Assembly (NCBI GenBank): GCA_030390025.1
Contig: JASTWF010000034.1
Coordinates: 5,952,001-6,016,000, forward strand
From: Squalus acanthias
Lineage: Eukaryota
Direction of reading: 5' to 3'
DNA: 64,000 nucleotides
This document shows, piece by piece, positions 58,462 through 64,000 of the stretch. The translations under genes were made by a program, and so were the position numbers. The notes below the pieces were generated by a model, which worked only from the letters and a program-made list of their open reading frames with translations, was not told the origin of the DNA and did not search any database. Positions within the stretch are counted from its first letter, which is position 1, and each line of letters begins with the position of its first letter.

Positions 58462-60335
58462 CTCTTTCTCTCTCCACGGATGCTGCCTGGCCTGCTGAGT
58501 TTTCCCAGCGTTTTCTGTTGTTATTTCGGATTTCCAGCATCCGCAGTATTTTGCTATCATACAGAATACTTGCCTTTATTAGCCGTGGCACAGAATACAA
58601 GAGCAGGGGGGTTATGCTTCAACTGTATAAAACACTGGTTAGGCCTCAGCTAGAGTACTGCGTGCAGTTCTGGTCATCACATTACAGGAAAGATGTGATT
58701 GTACTAGAGAGGGTACAGAGGAGATTTACAAGGATGTTGCCGGGAGTAGAGAATCTTAGCTATGAGGAAAGACTGGATAGGCTGGGTCTGTTTTCCTTGG
58801 AACAGAGGAGAGACCTTATTGAGGTGTATAAAATTATGAGTGGCCGAGATAAAGTGGAGAGAAAGGACCTATTTCCGTTAGCAGAGGGGTCAAAAACCAG
58901 GGGGCACAGATTTAAAGTAATTGGTGGAAGGTTTAGAGGGGATTTGAGGGGAAATTTCCCCAGAGGGTTGTGGGGGTCTGGAGCTCACTGCCTGAAAGGG
59001 TGGTAGAGGCAGAAATCCTAACCACATTTAAAAAGTACTTGGATGTGCACTTGGGATGCTGTAACCTGCAGGGCTACGGACCAAGAGTTGGGACGTGGGA
59101 TTAGGCTGGATAGCTCTTTGTTGGCCGGCGCGGACACGATGGGCTGTAACTTTCTATGATAATGCAGCAGGGGTCTTGTTGAGACTGGTTTAATTTCTGA
59201 ACCAGATCAATAGTGTCCAACCCCAGAGCTGTTTGTGTAGATGTGATTAAGTTATTCAGGGGGTTCTCCACATTAAAGGCCATGAAGGGGAGACTGGTGC
59301 GTAGGTCCGGGGTCAGGGCAGACAGTATAACATTTTTCATATCACTGTCCTCAAAATTAGATTGGTAATTGCGGAAAGCTGCCGAACATTAACTGAGGCT
59401 TTAAAGGGTGCAGGCTCGTCCACTGAGGTTTTCATGATATTGTTCTCAGCATAGGCTGGGGGGCCTCTTAGCCAGGTCGATGGTGGCATACGAGATGGGG
59501 GCCTTTTTGGGAGGGGGTAGCAAGGGAGGATATAGTTCTCCGCTGAACCCCTCGCATTCTGTATCATAAATCGGGGGGGTGTGGTCTACCTCCGTGACTG
59601 CCGCTATTACAGCCCGTTGTTTACCCAGCTGGTTTTCCAACTCTTGTATAGTAATATGGGACTGTCTGTGGTCCGGCTCCCTTTGGGGCTGCTGAAGAGC
59701 CTCTCTTAGGGCTCCTGGTGAATCATTTAATTGTCTGGTAAGACGGTCATTGTCTTTTGTTAAGGAGGCTACCTGACACCGAGCCTCCTCAAGGTTCAGC
59801 ATTGCAGCGCCAGTGTGAACTGCATGAATGCGCTGTTGCTGGATTATTGCTGTCGAAGCCCCGACCTGGCCCTGAACAACTTCATTTTGGTGACTGAAGA
59901 GCTTCCATTTTATTCTTTAACTCTGCAGCCTCTTTCTCCCAGTTTGACTTCTCGCCCGTTAACTTTAGATTCTCTTCAATCAGCCGCAGCTTGTCTTTTT
60001 CTCATTGATTCTGATTGTCCTCTAGCTGGGTGACACGATCCACTGCCGCAGAGGCCATCCGCTGCACTGCCCCATCTGGCTTCCATCTCTTCTCCTCAAC
60101 TTGTTTCTCACTGAGCGCAACAACGTCCTCAAAGGAGACTCTCTTATCCTCTGTTAGACATTCTACTACTAACGTCTGGAACTGTGCAGCCTCCCACTTC
60201 TTCATTAACTTCGTTTTAAAGTCTACAAAGAAAATCTCACTCGACATCTTGTTGTACGTTAAAGTGACACTGTCTGTCAGATAACCTAACTTTCCACAAG
60301 GACTCGCGTTGATCAGACGAAAATCCAAGCGCCTG

Positions 60336-61336
60336 CCAGTTGTTCACAATATATATCAATGATCTAGACGAAGGAACTAGATGTAATATCTCCAAGTTTG
60401 CAGACGACACAAAGCTGGGTGGGCGTGTGTGTTGTGAGGAGGATGCAGAGAAACTCCAGTATGATTTGGACAAGTTGGGTGATTGGGCAGATGCATGGCA
60501 GATGCAGTTTAATGTGAATAAATGTGAGGTTATCCACTTTGGTGGCAAAAACAGGAAGACAGATTATTATCTGAATGGCAATAGATTGGGAGAAGGGGAA
60601 GTGCAACGAGACCTGGGTGTCCTTGTGCACCAGTCGCTGACGGTAAGCATTCAGGTGCAGCAGGCGGTTAAGAAGGCAAATGGTATGTTGGCCTTCATAG
60701 AGAGAGGGTTCGAGTACAGGAGCAAGGATGTCTTGCTGCAGTTGTACAGGGCCTTGGTGAGACCACACCTTGCGTATTGTGTGCAGTTTTGGTCACCTTA
60801 TCTGAGGAAGGATGTTCTTGCCATGGAGGGAGTGCAGCGAAGATTCACCAGACTGATACCTGGGATGGCAGGAATGACGTATGAAGAGAGATTGGGACGA
60901 TTGGGCTTATACTCGCTAGAGTTTAGAGGAATGAGAGGGGATCTCATTGAAACTTATACAATTCTAACAGGACTAGACAGACTAGATGCAGGAAGGATGT
61001 TCCCGATGGCGGGGGAGTCCAGAAACAGGGGTCACAGTCTAAGGATAAGGGGTAAAACATTTAGGACTGAGATGAGGAGGAATTTCTTCACCCAGAGAGT
61101 GGTAAACCTGTGGAATTCTCTTCCACAGAAGGCAGTAGAGGCCAATTCATTAAATATATTCAAGAAGGAGTTAGATATATTTCTTAAGGCTAAAGGGATC
61201 AAGGGATATGTGGAGAAAGCAGGTACAGGGTACTGAATTTGGATGATCAGCCATGATCGCATTGAATGGCGGAGCAGGCTCGAGGGGCCGAATGGCCTAC
61301 TCCTGCTCCTATCTTCTATGTTTCTATGTTTCTATG
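60336..61336 (+). mobile_element. Mirror copy of the CR1 at 34990-35981, ORF fragment uninterrupted here
   Basis: ORF 60340..61236; tail has three CTATG units versus two in the left copy. Confidence 0.95.
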
Positions 61337-61400
61337 CACAATAGACCTGGTTTCAGTTAATAGTCACAGCCCCACGTTAGGCGCCAATCTGTAGCTTATT

Positions 61401-64000
61401 TTAATATAGATATAAAATAATCTACTTTCTATTTGATATATAAGGTGCCGGACTAGAACAGGTTAATTTCAGCCGTTCAGTGACTAATTGATGCCAGTCT
61501 CCATGGGAACTAATTGTCTCTGCTTGTTATTAATTCCAGTCAGTTGAACACAGCAGGTCACAGATTATTCTTTCCAATGTTTATTATAATGGAATATATT
61601 TAAAATATATCACAGATCTGCATTTTGCTAATCTCAATAAATCAATTCCTATCATTTAATCATTAAACACTCTGACTGTCCAAAAACCAAGAGATGTTCA
61701 TCTCACTCAGCGAGGTTGCACTGTGGGAATCGGGTTCACTCTGCAGGATTGAAAATGTAGACTGCTGGGTGGAAAGGAGCTAATTAATATCAGGACTTTC
61801 AAAATACGGCAACAGATTCTCTCCATTGTAAGCAGCACCTTTCAGGGATTCACTATTCCTCTTTATAAGTTCAGTCTATACAGCGTCAGTGTGGAAATTC
61901 CCAGCCCCCCTCATAAGCAAGAAACCATGCAACACGGACGGTTCCTCATTGTGGGGGATGGAGATTTACCTGAAAGTTTTGTCTACACTGGTTAGAATCT
62001 GGATTATATCTTTTAATGTTCTGGTACTGAGCTGACAATGTCCAACACAGGAACCCTTTGACATTTCCACCAGTAACAGTGAACCTGAATCCCAGCATTA
62101 AACAAGACAGGTTACATTCCCGGCCCTGGTTACATCTCTGACTTCATTCAATCAGCGAAGTTAATGATTGAATTGATAGGGAGAGAATTTTGAATTGAGC
62201 TGAGTTTGGGGAATCTTTTAAAATATATTCTGTGATCTCAGAAATGATAATGGGAGCCTTGTGTAAATCTGTTGTGCTCAGCTTACTGTAACTAATAAGA
62301 AGCAGAGAGATGTACTTTCCAGTTCAGTGATGTATCAGGAAGGGCAGTGAATATATAAGTGAGATCAGTGACTGAACAATTGAGATCAGTAATGTCTCGG
62401 AATGGGCAGTGGCAGTACAATGTATGTCAGAGATAGTCCTAGAGTTGTATTGACAGTACAATATCTGTCAGTAAACCAGCTCGGATTGTATGGACAGTAC
62501 AAGTGAGGTCAGTAATGTGCCTGGATGTGGAACGATGGTGCAAGTGTGGTTCGTGGACTACAGAATGGATAGTGACAGTACAAGTGAGGTCAGTGACATA
62601 TCGGAATGGGTAGTAACAGTAGATGTGAAGTCAGTTACATTTCTAAATAACTATCAAATCTTCCTGCATGTTCTGTGAGAAGCGATGATTTCTGTTGCTT
62701 GTGTTGAAACCGGCAGTGAGACTGTCAGCTAACAGGGTCATATTAGTGCCAGTCCGTTGGTCACAGCAGCATCAGACATTATTCCCGCTCATGTTTATTA
62801 CAGAACTGAAAATATTTAAATAGGGATATCGAGGAGGGGCAAACAGGACAATCCACTTCTCCCAAAGATCAGTTTCTGAACACTCCAGGTTTGCTAATTC
62901 AAACTGATCATTAGGTCGTGCTGTACCAGAGAATTTTATTTGTGAACTGACCTGCTCCATGTTTCAAGGACGGTGTCTGAGTGTAAACTAACCGGGTGAA
63001 TTGGATAGACAGTCGCTGAAATGACAGGATTAGAATTTATCACCAAAATTATCTGAAATCTGTAACTAAATCTCTGCTCTCAATGTAATCCTATCGGACT
63101 ATGGGCCTCATATTTTCTATTATTCCCAATTCTAGTGGAATAATATTCAGTTCTTTTGGGAGTTCACCTTACCGACGGGTAATATCTGTCTCATATTAAT
63201 GTAGATATAAAATAATCTACTTTCTATTTGTTATATGAATTGCCGGAAAGAACAGGTTAATTTCAGCCGTTCAGTGACTAATTGATGCCAGTCTCCATGG
63301 GAACTAATTGTCTCTGCTTGTTATTAATTCCAGTCAGTTGAACACAGCAGGTCATAGAGTATTCTTTCCAATGTTTATTATAATGAAATATATTTAAAAT
63401 ATATCACAGATCTGCATTTTGCTCACATCAATAAATCAATTCCTATCATTTAATCATTAAACACTCTGACTGTCCAAAAACCAAGAGATGTTCATCTCAC
63501 TCAGCGAGGTTGCACAGTGGGAATCGGGTTCACTCTGCAGGATTGAAAATGTAGACTGCTGGGTGGAACGGAGCTAATTAATATCAGGACTTTCAAAATA
63601 CGGCAACAGATTCTCACCATTGTAAGCAGCACCTTTCAGGGATTCACTATACCTCTTTATTAGTTCAGTCTATACAGCATCAGTGTGAAAATCCCCAGCC
63701 CCCCTCATAATGCAGAAAATAAGCAACACGGACGGTCCCTCATTGTGGGGGATGGAGATTTCATTGAAAGTTTTGTCTACACTGGTTAGAATCTGGGTTA
63801 TATCTTTTAATGTTCTGGTACTGAGCTGACACTGTCCAACACAGGATCCCTCTGAAATTTCCACCAGTAACAGTGAACCTGAATCCCAGCATTAAACAAG
63901 ACAGGTTACATTCCCGGCCGTGGTTACATCTCTGACTTCATTCAATCAGTGAATTTAATGATTGAATTGTTGGGAGTGAATTGTAGAGTTGAGCTTAGTG
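61401..64000 (-). repeat. Inverted copy of segmental-duplication copies C and B (32326-34925), continuing past the window
   Basis: ORFs 62490, 62772 and 63670 mirror 33648, 33366 and 32462; the last 40 nt match ~32326-32365 in reverse complement. Confidence 0.93.

Larger units (their letters stand above)
53837..58557. mobile_element. Penelope-like retroelement (Neptune-type) inserted as an inverted dimer
   Basis: Two opposite-strand copies; TSD CATACAGAATACTT(G) at 53822-53836 and 58558-58572; empty site at 37753-37767 in the other arm. Confidence 0.93.
51677..59157 (+). mobile_element. Mirror copy of the CR1 at 37159-39913, split by a Penelope-like insertion
   Basis: ORFs 51826-53678 and 58518-59006; TSD GATAATG at 51670 and 59158. 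Confidence 0.93.
50041..61397 (-). mobile_element. Inverted second copy of the defective ERV (LTR 50041-50734, env 50812-51676, gag 59158-60247, PBS 61369-61386)
   Basis: Reverse complement of 34929-41552; env broken by TAG near 51453 and a frameshift near 50955; same nested CR1s. Confidence 0.9.

Overview
Repeat-dense vertebrate genomic DNA. The CR1/HER1-type LINEs with (TTTCTATG)n tails and the satellite style suggest a cartilaginous fish, which is an inference. I found no intact host gene. Left to right: (1) a decayed, unprocessed PEX5 pseudogene (three recognisable exons, minus strand) among minisatellites, followed by a CCAAT/GC-box CpG-rich promoter-like segment; (2) a ~24.7 kb region of 38-bp satellite containing a young CR1 insertion; (3) an AT-rich local duplication with a 41-bp minisatellite; (4) a pol-less endogenous LTR element with a tRNA-Lys1,2-type PBS, a coiled-coil gag-like ORF and an env whose cysteine spacing resembles paramyxo/pneumovirus F proteins (lokiretrovirus-like), carrying two nested CR1s; (5) a 30/65-bp G-rich satellite core with a 500-N gap; (6) an inverted, diverged copy of blocks 3-4 with an extra inverted-dimer Penelope-like (Neptune-type) element that has RT+GIY-YIG ORFs and minimal hammerhead ribozymes. 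Coordinates were read by eye, so repeat boundaries are approximate.
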